Source of the DNA: a virus
Taxonomy: Duplodnaviria; Caudoviricetes
Direction: 5' to 3' (one strand)
DNA: 51,993 bases
Virus record (IMG/VR): IMGVR_UViG_3300024265_000007
Location: 1 to 51,993 of that record
Part shown: positions 24,670 through 35,401 of the stretch, in pieces
Numbering within the stretch: the first letter of the stretch is position 1
Layout of the letters: each line of letters opens with the position of its first letter
The notes under the pieces: generated by a model
Database searches by the model: none
Seen by the model: only the letters and a program-made list of their open reading frames with translations
What the model was told of the DNA's origin: nothing
Position numbers and translations under genes: made by a program

Positions 24670-25227
24670 TTAATCCGCGTCGATCAAAAGCCCTTGAGCC
24701 ACTAAACGGTCTTCGAGGTTTTTGATCCTGACAGCGTTGTTTACAATCACAGATAATACGGTCAGTCCTTCATCTAATGTGGTAAATCCAAAACCGGGGT
24801 TTGTTAAGTCAGCAATCACATAATCAGGCGATCCAGGAGCACTGTGAGTAAGTGCTGTTAGTTCGTCTGTGATTTCCGCGCCCGGTGTGAATACCTTTAG
24901 ATTGCGCCAGTTCGTGCCGTCGTAGAACAATAACAACCATTGCCCGGCAGTCAATGTCAAGTCAATCCCGGCCACCAATTCGATATTACCGGTGCTGTGT
25001 TTCACCGTGATTGTGTCGCCAGTGTCGGCAGTAATCATCAACAATGGGCGATAAGTGTTCCCGGCGACTATTGTGTCAATATACCCGTCGGTGATTGTAT
25101 CCAGATCGTCCGTCGTTCCTGTTTGCGCGGCAACAATATGCAACCCTTGCACGGCAGTGATTACGCCAGATGCAATGGTCAATATTGTTGCGGCTTTTTG
25201 TTGTATCGTAGTTGTGTTTAGTGGCAT
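24670..25227 (-). CDS. Putative tail fibre-associated structural protein
   Basis: Thr/Gly-rich; LFYDGTNW motif; follows the tail genes. Confidence 0.55.
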   Translation of the reverse strand: MPLNTTTIQQKAATILTIASGVITAVQGLHIVAAQTGTTDDLDTITDGYIDTIVAGNTYRPLLMITADTGDTITVKHSTGNIELVAGIDLTLTAGQWLLLFYDGTNWRNLKVFTPGAEITDELTALTHSAPGSPDYVIADLTNPGFGFTTLDEGLTVLSVIVNNAVRIKNLEDRLVAQGLLIDAD

Positions 25228-26744
25228 TATTTTGTATTCTCCGTTCTGCTTCCGCCGGTATTTCTTTTAACATGGAAATCGAGTGCTGCAAGATAAATGT
25301 CATCCCCGTAAGTATCTCCCCCTATTGTACCTTCACGTTCTAAAGAACACAAGAGAATGCTACTAATCGTCTTACCAGTTCCAGTTATTGGCTCTGCAAT
25401 TTCTGCCATCTGATTCAAGTCTGCTACTTCTGGAGCGGCAATAGTTGGGCTGACTGTTGTTTCACCGGGGAACGCCTCTCCAATATTGGCCCACGAGTGC
25501 GTAAAGTTCCAGACACTATCCCCAGCAGTACCGTCAGGGTGAATAATATGAATGTGGAATTCAATATCGCTGCCTTCCTCGTAGCTATGCGGAAGTTGGG
25601 CAGTAAAATAAATGAGGTTGTCTTGAGTGTCTGAAAACGCTAAAACTTGCGACCCTTTGTAGTTTGTCCATGTCGGGGCATTGGCTGCCGGTAATCTGAC
25701 AGAAGACAAGTTAACCTGCAAATCATCCCAAAAAGTAGCATTACCCTTTGCGACTAGTGTTCCGTCAGCTTCAAACTCGGAGTAATCTCCACCAGCAATG
25801 TCTCCAAACTTTCCGGTTGCGCCTTGTATCTCGATTGTTCCCGGTGCATCGTAACCATCGTCTACTGTGAGAGTGCCATCTACTGTCAAAGTGCCTTCTA
25901 CGGTCAATGAATGTGTGAATATTGAATGTGTCGATCTGATATAAATGGCTTTATCACTGGTAATCGGTGTCGGAAACCCATAAATGCGCGGGGTCGGAAA
26001 CCATGTTCGCAAATCTTCAATGACATCAGATGGTTTTATCTCAGTTGCTCCGTTGGCCAGAAGAATAGCTACAAGGGGTTTGAATTCGTTGTGTGTTAGT
26101 TGGGCAAAGCATTCGTCGTAATCGGTTGAATCAAGAGCGGAGGTCATCAACTGTGTCGTACTGGTCGTGACCAAATATGTGTTATTGAGAAAATCAAAGA
26201 ACACGATTGCAAGTCGATGACTATCAGCAACCGGAATCAGACTCAATAGGTCTGGCTGCTGATTCGGCTTCGTGTTGCTGAAAGTTGACCAATCGCCAGC
26301 ATCATCAACATGGAATGGGTTTTCGCGGATTGTGACTTGCGCTGTTTCGTTTCCAACTGGCCGAGAAATTAACCTGACCAAGTTTTTGGAATCCCACCAC
26401 ATTGATATTGCATCGGACGCATTCAAGTTTCTGCTGTCAAGTGCGACTGTCTCGTCTGTTGTGTAACCGGGGTCAATTCTGGTAATGGTTTCGACATCAT
26501 CAAACGGGTCAATTCTGACAAGAATCTCGACACCTTCCCGTCCGGGGAAATCACCCTGACCGGCATATCTGATCGGTCTGGCAGACGTATATTTGATTAA
26601 GCCGTCAGCATTTACTCCAATAGGAAACCGCACCCAATAATGCGAATTACCAGCGTAGGGGTTGCCAGACCCATTACCCAATACGCCTGGGCGTTCATCA
26701 TATTGTTTGACAGATTGTCGAGCGGTAGTTATTGTCTTCAGCAT
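25227..26744 (-). CDS. Putative tail fibre / receptor-binding protein
   Basis: LTVEGTLTVDGTLTV beta repeats; position after the large tail protein. Confidence 0.6.
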   Translation of the reverse strand: MLKTITTARQSVKQYDERPGVLGNGSGNPYAGNSHYWVRFPIGVNADGLIKYTSARPIRYAGQGDFPGREGVEILVRIDPFDDVETITRIDPGYTTDETVALDSRNLNASDAISMWWDSKNLVRLISRPVGNETAQVTIRENPFHVDDAGDWSTFSNTKPNQQPDLLSLIPVADSHRLAIVFFDFLNNTYLVTTSTTQLMTSALDSTDYDECFAQLTHNEFKPLVAILLANGATEIKPSDVIEDLRTWFPTPRIYGFPTPITSDKAIYIRSTHSIFTHSLTVEGTLTVDGTLTVDDGYDAPGTIEIQGATGKFGDIAGGDYSEFEADGTLVAKGNATFWDDLQVNLSSVRLPAANAPTWTNYKGSQVLAFSDTQDNLIYFTAQLPHSYEEGSDIEFHIHIIHPDGTAGDSVWNFTHSWANIGEAFPGETTVSPTIAAPEVADLNQMAEIAEPITGTGKTISSILLCSLEREGTIGGDTYGDDIYLAALDFHVKRNTGGSRTENTK

Positions 26745-26753
26745 GATGCACCT

Positions 26754-29700
26754 TTATATTTGCGTTAATGCCATGTTCGGACCGCAGACTGAGACAACCA
26801 GATTCACGTTGTCGATGTCAAGCGGCGAAACCGACTGGTTATACTTAAATGTTATAGGAAAACCGTCTCCGGTGAAAGCGAAGACATATTTGTGATTTGA
26901 TGAATAGATCGGAATATTGCCGGGCTTCGCGCCATTGACGACTAATCCGAATATCCCGGCATACAAAACGGCGGTATTTTCGTCATCATAATCCTGATAA
27001 AAAGCATCACCACGTTTTGAATCTTGAGTGCGGAGCGTAATATTGAATGTGGTTATTCTGGCATCCCCGACAGCCCTATCCATAGAGGCGTGCAGATAAA
27101 TTTTAGATACCACTAAATCCACAGGATAGTTCACTCCCTCATTCGCAATGCCCGTGCCTGATCCTGCACTATTTGTGTAGTTACCTGACGGATAAGTAGA
27201 GCCGCCAATGAGTAAGCTATCAAAATAATATCTACAGTGTTTATCACTTCCCGTAACAAAGCTCCCCGACCTATCGCCATGTACTAGCACTTTTATTTGT
27301 TTGATAAAAGCACCGGGGTGCAAGGTCGCAAAATCGTATTCGATATTATTTATGCGCCATGTATTTAAGACAGAATTGTAATAATCACCACCACTATTAT
27401 AAACGCCCGCACCGACTTTTGCTGTGTCTGGCAACCCTAAACTCTGCGAAGTTGGAAGGCTATTCCCTTGCCCGTTGCCGTTCAACATTTCAAGAAGAAA
27501 ATCTGTCTCACCAATCACACCGTCACCCTGTACGGTTATGGTGTAAGTCTCTCCATTGACCGTATTGTTTGCGGTTTCTACCGTGACTGAAGAGCGCATA
27601 TTGACATTTAGAGTATCGCAGCCTGACTGGTTGTCGCTCTGCACACCTGGCCCTTGCTGATCGGCCCCAAGTCCCGGAAGATAATCATCGCCGAAATTAG
27701 CATAATTAGCGGACATATCATTAAGTGCTAATCCGGCCCCAACCGGTGGAAGGTCTGGCCAGAACAGATCAGCCACATCTACAATCTCGGTGACAACAAT
27801 CCCGTAATTGCCGCCGGATGTTACCAGTTCAAATGTTCCACTGACAGCATAAGCGCCCAACGCGGCATCATGAGAATATGACATATCAACACAAATCCAT
27901 TTGTCGGATGTTGTGAACGCTCTCCCGGCGGTGTTATCATTGGCTGCGATTGTAAATGTATAAAGTTGATGATAAGTAGGCACAATCCAATAGTAGCCTG
28001 TAGGCAATGTGACGGTTATTCGTGGTTTCGGATTGATAAATTCAAGATGACTTGCGACTCTGTTTCCAGCTTCAACTCTGGCCTGGGCATCAGTCAAGTC
28101 AGATTTCATCAATTGCCCGTTAAGTATAGACTGCTCCCAACCGGGCCCAAATATCTTGGCTGGCGCTCGGCCTTTATATTTGAATGTGCGGTCAAGAGTG
28201 GTGTTGTAAGATGCTGCTCCGGCGATGGTAGAAGAAGTTGTCGGAATATATTCCATGTCGATGGTAATATCCAACACATCGCTTTCGCCAGAATCATCGA
28301 CAACGAAATCCATTATAGTGTCAAGCCCTCCAACACCGGCATAGCTGGCATGGCGCTCAGTAAAGCATTCTCCGGTTGGGGCAAAGATCATAAAAGAATT
28401 GATGTCGTCAATTATAGAATCGAGCCATTTTCTCAATGCCTGCGGTTGGACTGTATAGCTGGGCCATTCATAATCGTTAATGTCACTTGGCAAGGTGAAA
28501 CTACAGACATTCAAAAAGGTAGAATACCATTGCAGCATGTAGACAGCCATCCGCCCGATAGTCAGAGTTTTGATCTGCCCCCACTCATTGGACGTGGCCG
28601 AATTGATGACATATAAACCAGCGCCGCGCATACTGGATAGCTGTGCTGCGAATCCTTCGATTTTGATTACACTGTCCTTTATTTGTGAAAACTCAATGTC
28701 ACCTCTTGTGTTGTCCGTTTCTCGGATGATACGGCCAATCATGGAGATTCTTGTATTGAGTGGCGGATTGACACTGTTGACGGCGATTGTGGCCACATTA
28801 GAACTGGCACCGACATTCAAGTTTTCAGCCTCGAACACTCCGCGTTGCTGTTTTATCCAAAGAGTTCCGGCTGCATCCCCTCCGGCCCACGTGCCACTAT
28901 CAAGCACAACATCTATGACCAGGGCAGTCGCTCCGCTTGTGGCTCCGCTTATGGTGTCGTCATCAACAATTTCAGTAGTGCCGCCGGAAGTGTATGTGAG
29001 AGATCGCACACCGTCGTAATCATCAACAGAGAAAATAGTGCAACGAGTTCGGTCAAGAACTGAAGAAAATTCATCGACAAATCTGGCATCTGCAATACTG
29101 CCTTCTCCGGCTGAATTAGTGATGTTGACATTATTGGTATCCAATTTTATGACACTCGACGTGTCTTCGGCAAGGTCTACAGTGTAAACCTCAAAGGCGA
29201 AATATTGGATAACTCCATTGCTGTCCGTGGCCTGGAAATATACCCACCTATGCTCGTTCGTAACCGCTCCTGGAAACTGAATTGTCACGTCTTTGTCGGC
29301 GGCTGTTCCGACAGTTATTGTGCCGTCCCCTATATCGAGCCAATTATATGTGGAAATGGTTGCACTAAGCTCGAACGGGGTCACTGTCGGTGCGAAACTT
29401 ATTTCAATTGTTGCATCACCGGAGACATCAAGATAAACAGATTGAAGATTACTTATGACAGGCGGAAGGGTGCTGTAGCTTTTGTCCCAATCTATAAATT
29501 TCTGTCCGAGCGGTGTTCTGTTCTCTTGCTTTTCGTGAATGTCAAAATCGTGGATGACGGTGACGTAATCTGTAACTGCAAGATTGACACTGGTTTCGTC
29601 AATGAAAAATGTTGTCGTACTCGGCACAATCCTGATCCGGCCACGGTAAATTTGGGTGTCTCTGTATTCGGTAGTGGTGCTGATAATAACGGTCATCCCT

Positions 29701-29900
29701 TGCAGTACATCTGCTCTATTGCCCTGATCTGTGCCAGACCACACAAATTCTGCATATGGTATCGAACCATCAATAACGTCATTTGGCTGAGTCTGCCAGA
29801 CGACATCGTTTGGACATAATAGAGCATATTGAGCAACAGCAACGTCAAGTTGTCGCTGTTGCGTTTTTTGCTGTGTTGATAGGATGGCCGGTAAGCTCAT
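26754..29900 (-). CDS. Large minor tail / tail-tip protein
   Basis: 1048 aa, beta-rich, downstream of the tape measure and distal tail genes. Confidence 0.65.
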   Translation of the reverse strand: MSLPAILSTQQKTQQRQLDVAVAQYALLCPNDVVWQTQPNDVIDGSIPYAEFVWSGTDQGNRADVLQGMTVIISTTTEYRDTQIYRGRIRIVPSTTTFFIDETSVNLAVTDYVTVIHDFDIHEKQENRTPLGQKFIDWDKSYSTLPPVISNLQSVYLDVSGDATIEISFAPTVTPFELSATISTYNWLDIGDGTITVGTAADKDVTIQFPGAVTNEHRWVYFQATDSNGVIQYFAFEVYTVDLAEDTSSVIKLDTNNVNITNSAGEGSIADARFVDEFSSVLDRTRCTIFSVDDYDGVRSLTYTSGGTTEIVDDDTISGATSGATALVIDVVLDSGTWAGGDAAGTLWIKQQRGVFEAENLNVGASSNVATIAVNSVNPPLNTRISMIGRIIRETDNTRGDIEFSQIKDSVIKIEGFAAQLSSMRGAGLYVINSATSNEWGQIKTLTIGRMAVYMLQWYSTFLNVCSFTLPSDINDYEWPSYTVQPQALRKWLDSIIDDINSFMIFAPTGECFTERHASYAGVGGLDTIMDFVVDDSGESDVLDITIDMEYIPTTSSTIAGAASYNTTLDRTFKYKGRAPAKIFGPGWEQSILNGQLMKSDLTDAQARVEAGNRVASHLEFINPKPRITVTLPTGYYWIVPTYHQLYTFTIAANDNTAGRAFTTSDKWICVDMSYSHDAALGAYAVSGTFELVTSGGNYGIVVTEIVDVADLFWPDLPPVGAGLALNDMSANYANFGDDYLPGLGADQQGPGVQSDNQSGCDTLNVNMRSSVTVETANNTVNGETYTITVQGDGVIGETDFLLEMLNGNGQGNSLPTSQSLGLPDTAKVGAGVYNSGGDYYNSVLNTWRINNIEYDFATLHPGAFIKQIKVLVHGDRSGSFVTGSDKHCRYYFDSLLIGGSTYPSGNYTNSAGSGTGIANEGVNYPVDLVVSKIYLHASMDRAVGDARITTFNITLRTQDSKRGDAFYQDYDDENTAVLYAGIFGLVVNGAKPGNIPIYSSNHKYVFAFTGDGFPITFKYNQSVSPLDIDNVNLVVSVCGPNMALTQI

Positions 29901-30154
29901 TCTATGCCCACCTCAATACGCCTTTCAGCCTCACCAAGCCTTTCATCTACTGCGGCGGCAGCGTCTTTATTAACCTCAATAAAGTGGCTCATCGTAAGAG
30001 CCATCATTACTACAGCAATGGCAAGAATAATCGCGCAGCCTATATCCGATTTACGGCGACGACTGGTTTGACCTTTGGCTGAACCAATTATATTTTTGAT
30101 AATGATTGCCGATACTGCTATAATCAAAAAGCTGATTAGGATGTTTTCGTCCAT
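29897..30154 (-). CDS. Small two-TM protein inserted in the tail operon
   Basis: AGGAGG RBS before MDENIL; ATGA overlap with 29900. Confidence 0.55.
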   Translation of the reverse strand: MDENILISFLIIAVSAIIIKNIIGSAKGQTSRRRKSDIGCAIILAIAVVMMALTMSHFIEVNKDAAAAVDERLGEAERRIEVGIE

Positions 30155-30167
30155 AGTTTTGTACCTC

Positions 30168-30599
30168 CTATATGGCTGAAAGCCTGGATAATGTCCATTC
30201 GACTCCCTTGAAGCCTGGGCCAGTAAAACCACCATCTTCACTCCCGCCAGCAAAGTTAACACGTTCCATTTCGGCTGGGTCTGGTAAAGATAAAATGGCG
30301 TTATAATTTGACCATGTAGCGGCATCAATTGGAATCTTGGCAGTGATAAATCCTTCAAAATTATCAACTAAATACCAATATTGAGAAACCAGCATATGCG
30401 ATATTAATTTCGTCGCTTGGAAACCAGACCGTCCGACAATACCATTGCCCCTGATTTCTCGCTTGCCGCGCCGTTGAAAATACAAGCCGGTAGGTTCAAG
30501 AAAGTTATTACTTCCGTCGGTCAAGGAAGTGATGAGCGCAAGCCCGCCAGCATTGTTATAGCCGCTAGATATTTGATAGTTCGTTACGACACATGCCAT
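30168..30599 (-). CDS. Putative distal tail protein
   Basis: Immediately after the tape measure gene. Confidence 0.5.
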   Translation of the reverse strand: MACVVTNYQISSGYNNAGGLALITSLTDGSNNFLEPTGLYFQRRGKREIRGNGIVGRSGFQATKLISHMLVSQYWYLVDNFEGFITAKIPIDAATWSNYNAILSLPDPAEMERVNFAGGSEDGGFTGPGFKGVEWTLSRLSAI

Positions 30600-32293
30600 T
30601 ATTGCACTAGTCCAATCTGCCCAAGTACGGACAATATTTGATCCCGTTGCTGTTGCGGAGACAGGTTCGATCCATTAATGCCTATAGTGGTGTTGATAGT
30701 AGAATTATTGGCAATGTTGGTTAATCCTGCTCCGAACTGGCTCAACCCTAATTGGCTTAATGCAGATTGGAAATTTCCGAGACTGGCGGCAAAATAATCG
30801 TTTTCCATTCCCAACTTCTGTTGCAATGCGCTGGATGTTAGTTCCAACTCCGCTTCGAGTGCGGACTTTAAGTCATTTAGCTTTTGTTGGCCGGCCTCTC
30901 TGATACTGGAAATCTCATCTGCTAAACTACTTCCAAGTTCGGAGAGCCTTTGCTTTGATGCTTTTTTGCGTTCTTTAGATTCCCTCTGTTGGTCGAGTTT
31001 CATGTCCTCAAGTTGCTGGTCAAATGCAATAAGCCGTTCTTCTCTCTCGCGTTCGGCATTGATGCCAACGTCTTCAAGCCCCTCTTGTGCTATTTTGTTC
31101 GCTTTGTCGATGCCTAAGAAATCACGTTCGGATAATAGCTCATCCTGTGTGCGTGTTCCTTCTCTGATAATGTCCTGGATAGATCGCACATTATCCCGAT
31201 GGTCTTTTTCGCTTTCCCGAAAAAAGTCTTTGTCCGCTTCGGCGATTGCATCGTTGTAATCTTCCTGTGCCTTCCGCCCGTCTTCGGCATTTTGGGCGGC
31301 AGCTTTGAGAAACGCGCCGCGATTTTTGGCATTAGCGGCGGCAATCGAACTTGCTATATCATTCTGAGTGGTTACAATATCGTCGGCAATTTGTTTCTGA
31401 ATGGCGGCAGACTTAGCGGCTGCGGCTTCTTCAGCCTGGGCCTGATCTTCAAGCGCCTTTTTCCGGTCTTCGATAGCTTGTGTAGATTCTTCCTCGGCGG
31501 CTGTGATTTCGGCGGCTGCTTCTTTGGCAGCAGAGCCAGCCCCCTCAAGTGCTGGCCCAAACTCGTCTTCGAGTTGGCTAATAAGTTGGTTATTGGCGTT
31601 GATAGTCGCTTGTGAGGCAGCAACTACGTCTTGCGCGGTTTCTTCTGCGGTCTTCACAAGATTGAACGGGTCAAGACCAGATGCTATTCCTCCGCCCGAA
31701 GCTAATTGTGCGTTTGCGTCTATTACTGCTTGCTCATTTATGTTGTCTTGTCTAGCCTGAGCGATTCTATCGGCGGCTGCATCCGCCCCTTGAGCAGTTA
31801 TACTGGATACTTCCCTGGTAACATCTGCCGAACGTAGAATCGCATCATTAGTTTTATCTAATTCTTTTTGAAATAATCCAAGACCAATGGTGACTGCGGT
31901 CAAAGCAATACCCGCCGCGCCCAGCGCCATTGTACCCTTCGAGGATGCCCCGTCTAATGATTGCACCTGCTTTCCTAGCTCACCGGCCTGAGAGATTGCG
32001 CCGCCAAGATCACCACCTAATGCGCGGCCCGCTTTACCTAATGCTCCCATAGCGGAGACACCTTTGCCGACACCACCCTTACCGCCATCATCAGGCGGTG
32101 GTGGTGGTTGTTTTCTCATAGCCTCAAATGCGTCTTCGGTTTGTTGCTCGAGTCTCTTAAAGGTGTCGGTTAAAGAAGCAACCGAATCCTCAGCTTGATT
32201 GATACCTTTATCAAACTGCTGAACTTTTCTGATTGTCTTGTCGGTACTGCCATCGTCGACAATACCGAATTTAGATTGCATGTCGTTAGTCAT
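30599..32293 (-). CDS. Tape measure protein (short, 564 aa)
   Basis: Ala/Gly-rich helical protein with a TM-like segment; follows the chaperone pair. Confidence 0.7.
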   Translation of the reverse strand: MTNDMQSKFGIVDDGSTDKTIRKVQQFDKGINQAEDSVASLTDTFKRLEQQTEDAFEAMRKQPPPPPDDGGKGGVGKGVSAMGALGKAGRALGGDLGGAISQAGELGKQVQSLDGASSKGTMALGAAGIALTAVTIGLGLFQKELDKTNDAILRSADVTREVSSITAQGADAAADRIAQARQDNINEQAVIDANAQLASGGGIASGLDPFNLVKTAEETAQDVVAASQATINANNQLISQLEDEFGPALEGAGSAAKEAAAEITAAEEESTQAIEDRKKALEDQAQAEEAAAAKSAAIQKQIADDIVTTQNDIASSIAAANAKNRGAFLKAAAQNAEDGRKAQEDYNDAIAEADKDFFRESEKDHRDNVRSIQDIIREGTRTQDELLSERDFLGIDKANKIAQEGLEDVGINAEREREERLIAFDQQLEDMKLDQQRESKERKKASKQRLSELGSSLADEISSIREAGQQKLNDLKSALEAELELTSSALQQKLGMENDYFAASLGNFQSALSQLGLSQFGAGLTNIANNSTINTTIGINGSNLSPQQQRDQILSVLGQIGLVQ

Positions 32294-32735
32294 CTTTGAG
32301 CCAAATCTTATCGTCTTCAGGAATGAGCATCTTCATTGCCTGCATCATTGTTACCTGTTCGTGTTTCAGATAGCACCACGATTCGAGATCATTGAAACCA
32401 TCCAAGTCATGCGAGAACCAATCCGGTTGCGCCAATAGGCTACCAGGATAAGGCATGGATACCCGGTTGCTGATGTAGTAATCGCGCCAGCAACGATAGC
32501 CCATTTCACCGCCATGAGGTATCCAGAGTGGTTTGGCACGTCTTGACGCGATGGCAGTCAGGTCTTCGATTATTATTGCCATCCGTTTTAACATCATAAC
32601 CCTATCCGGCACGCTGCCACCATTCGGCAGTCGGATTTGCGGGATATGAATATGTGGACGAGTTGTTATTACCCGGTGACGAATGACATCTAGGTACTCG
32701 TCGTGGAGCTTTCGTCGCCGGGCAATGCTTCCGGG
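32286..32735 (-). CDS. Tail assembly chaperone, -1 frameshift extension (gpGT-like)
   Basis: The -1 frame opens at CCCGGAA (32735-32729) and runs to 32286; MPYPGSLLAQPDWF motif. Confidence 0.5.
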   Translation of the reverse strand, partial: PGSIARRRKLHDEYLDVIRHRVITTRPHIHIPQIRLPNGGSVPDRVMMLKRMAIIIEDLTAIASRRAKPLWIPHGGEMGYRCWRDYYISNRVSMPYPGSLLAQPDWFSHDLDGFNDLESWCYLKHEQVTMMQAMKMLIPEDDKIWLKDD

Positions 32736-33160
32736 TCAGGTTCGACTTTGTTGACTGCCGTTAACGCATTGTCCCATGCTTCCATCAGACCCCCATCTAT
32801 GTATAAGAATGTCCAATAGGCTTCTGCCCAACTTTCTTCGTCTTCTGGGTCAGGTAGTTTGAACTCTGTCGGCTTGCCTTGAACATCAACCATCAATTTT
32901 CCTTTGATGGCCACTGTTCTAAATATAAATGTTACAGCATTGCTGATCCTGTTCCAGTGAAGATCACCGATTCTTTCTCTTTTAGGCTCTTTCTTTTGCA
33001 ATTCCTCAAGAACAGCGTTCTTCAAGTAGCCCGTGAAAATATGTCTATCTATCTTGCCGAGGCCTATGCTTTCACGAACGGTTATTTTCACGCCGTTGTG
33101 TGAGAACGTTTGTGTCCGGGCATTGTCGTATAGTGCTTTCATTCGGTCAGTCATTAGCAA
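32690..33160 (-). CDS. Tail assembly chaperone (gpG-like)
   Basis: Between the major tail and tape measure genes. Confidence 0.6.
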   Translation of the reverse strand: MLMTDRMKALYDNARTQTFSHNGVKITVRESIGLGKIDRHIFTGYLKNAVLEELQKKEPKRERIGDLHWNRISNAVTFIFRTVAIKGKLMVDVQGKPTEFKLPDPEDEESWAEAYWTFLYIDGGLMEAWDNALTAVNKVEPDPEALPGDESSTTST

Positions 33161-34020
33161 GCCTTATCATAGAGAACTTTGAATACAGCCTTCACACCAG
33201 CAGCAGGGGCGGCGACCATCGTCACAACTCCCGTAGCGGCAACAACTGTATAATCGGTGGTATAGTCCCATTTCACGCCAGCTTCCCACGCTTGCAGGCT
33301 GTCAACATCTGCGCTGTGAGGTAGTTCGTCCAGGGTAAATTCCACTACAATGCCATCGCCAACAAACGTATGGTAAAAGATGGGCTTCTCTGACCAGTAC
33401 GGCTTCAACCCCCACAGTCGGGTAACACCGAAATCAACAGCCGCGATAGTTTCACCCCAAATAGTTTGCCCTACATGATTAAAAACCAGTTCGACAATCT
33501 GCTGACCTTGTACACCGCGCCCAACTTGATTAAACTGCTTTACATCTGCCAGGGAATTCCAAATCTCAGTTACTTCCCAACCAAGTTGTCCAAAGTTCGC
33601 ACCGGAATCACGAATTGCGCCGGGACGATTAATGACAAAACACATAGGATTATGGGTCAAGCAAATCTGCGAGCCACCGATATAATCGTGTGGTCCCTCT
33701 TCCTTGATGAGCAAGTTAGAAGCGGCGGCTGCAATGATCTGGTCAACCACCCCACCTGTGATAACTGCTGACGGTGGCGCGTCCGGTTGCCCTTTTACCG
33801 CGCCATCAATACCGCCGTCACTATCAAGGTTGACGTTTGGCAATGACGGTATTGTTGTAGCAATGTCCGAGGCCGCCTGGAAGCGTCCCATGCCACTGTC
33901 ACCACCATTGGCGATTGCGCCGCTTGTGCCTTCGACAACCCCGGCGTTTATCAGCCCCCAGAATACGTCGCCGACATCGGACGCGGAACTGGCATTAATG
34001 TTTTTCAGTGTGATTGTCAT
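33154..34020 (-). CDS. Major tail protein (putative)
   Basis: 288 aa; position; C-terminal accessory domain (DYTVVAATGVVTMVAAPA). Confidence 0.6.
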   Translation of the reverse strand: MTITLKNINASSASDVGDVFWGLINAGVVEGTSGAIANGGDSGMGRFQAASDIATTIPSLPNVNLDSDGGIDGAVKGQPDAPPSAVITGGVVDQIIAAAASNLLIKEEGPHDYIGGSQICLTHNPMCFVINRPGAIRDSGANFGQLGWEVTEIWNSLADVKQFNQVGRGVQGQQIVELVFNHVGQTIWGETIAAVDFGVTRLWGLKPYWSEKPIFYHTFVGDGIVVEFTLDELPHSADVDSLQAWEAGVKWDYTTDYTVVAATGVVTMVAAPAAGVKAVFKVLYDKAC

Positions 34021-34022
34021 GA

Positions 34023-34289
34023 TTATGACTCCTCTACTTTCTTCATTGGCAAAACCTTTGCGCTACGCTTTGCGGCGGGAACTAACTTCCGACACTCATC
34101 GCGCACGAACTTAATGTCATCAGCCGTCATTCCCATAGCTGCCTTTTCCAAGATGGCGATATAATAGCCGTCACCAATTGCATAATGGGATGAATGTCGC
34201 CCGGCGCATGGCTGTAATCTGACAGCGCAAACTTTCGGCTCAAAGCCATCCCCATGTTTGTCTACATGTTTCCCGATTCTACTGTCCAT
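34023..34289 (-). CDS. Hypothetical protein
   Basis: Coupled ORF. Confidence 0.55.
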   Translation of the reverse strand: MDSRIGKHVDKHGDGFEPKVCAVRLQPCAGRHSSHYAIGDGYYIAILEKAAMGMTADDIKFVRDECRKLVPAAKRSAKVLPMKKVEES

Positions 34290-34864
34290 TACTTTCTCCG
34301 TTTCTTTGGCAGGCGTGGTGTTATACCGCGCTGTCTAAATGCTGGCGTACCCAACTCGCCGATCAGGGTATTCATGTTGACCTGGAATCGTTCTTGATAC
34401 AAACCAAACCACTTTATGACAATTGGGGCGACGGGCTTCCAGCCGGTGATAGCGTGGAATTTCTGTTGAAACCGTATAGCCCTGGCCACATTTGAAATTG
34501 CCATTGAACCATATACAAACCGCGCTGCTCTTGCTGGGTTGAGCACAACGATAATCCATGCGCCCCCGACCAGCTTGCCAATGATTTTCCAACCCGCCGC
34601 TAGTTTTCCTGTGCGCTTGAACGGTATTCCTGCCCCGAAGCCATTGCTGGCAAAATATGCTACCTGTTGTAGACGGCTTGTCCAATTAGGTTTTACACCA
34701 GTCGATTTCCTCGGTTCTTCCTGAAGTTCTCGCAGAAATTCCTCTTCGATATCGGACAATGCCTCGTCTCCGGCAATTGCGATAAATTCCGGCAAGTCTT
34801 GCATCACCACAATCGCGTCATTTAACCAGTCTAGGTTGCTTGTCATCTCCGCTCTAACAGCCAT
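34289..34864 (-). CDS. Tail completion / neck protein (HK97 gp10-like)
   Basis: KRTGKLAAGW...NPARAARFVYG motif. Confidence 0.6.
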   Translation of the reverse strand: MAVRAEMTSNLDWLNDAIVVMQDLPEFIAIAGDEALSDIEEEFLRELQEEPRKSTGVKPNWTSRLQQVAYFASNGFGAGIPFKRTGKLAAGWKIIGKLVGGAWIIVVLNPARAARFVYGSMAISNVARAIRFQQKFHAITGWKPVAPIVIKWFGLYQERFQVNMNTLIGELGTPAFRQRGITPRLPKKRRK

Positions 34865-34873
34865 AACAGCCCC

Positions 34874-35401
34874 CTACGCGCTTTTAGACGGACATGTCCA
34901 TAGGTAGGACACATTCACGTTGGCAGAGAAGTGATAGCGAATATCATCCGCCGCCGCCACATTCCCCGGCGTGCCTGGGTACTGTTCTTTAATGACTGTG
35001 CCCCCGGTGATGATAATTGGAGTTGTTGCGTCCAGAAATCTAAGCGGAACACCGCTTGAATCTTGCAGTAACAGTCGTTCGTTAAATTCATCAACAATAG
35101 CATCCGCTACCGTGAGTATACCTGTATACATCCGCACATCATAGTCTATCTTAAAAGGCTGTCCGAACACGTCAATCGGATAAGACAACGCCACAATCTT
35201 CTCATTCGGCTCGCCGTTCGGTTTCCGTGTTTGGTTAAATGTGGTCGGACGCATTCCGATTGCACCGACAAACTTCTCAAACTCTTGTGCCCCACGCGGA
35301 GGGGCTTCTGCCAGTGTCAAAATGAGAGCGCCGTCTGCCAGCAGGGTAGCCTGGGCGATCTCCATTATTTCTTTAATACGTTCCAGCACTTCATTCAGCA
35401 T
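34874..35401 (-). CDS. Putative tail terminator / neck protein
   Basis: Position and size. Confidence 0.5.
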   Translation of the reverse strand: MLNEVLERIKEIMEIAQATLLADGALILTLAEAPPRGAQEFEKFVGAIGMRPTTFNQTRKPNGEPNEKIVALSYPIDVFGQPFKIDYDVRMYTGILTVADAIVDEFNERLLLQDSSGVPLRFLDATTPIIITGGTVIKEQYPGTPGNVAAADDIRYHFSANVNVSYLWTCPSKSA

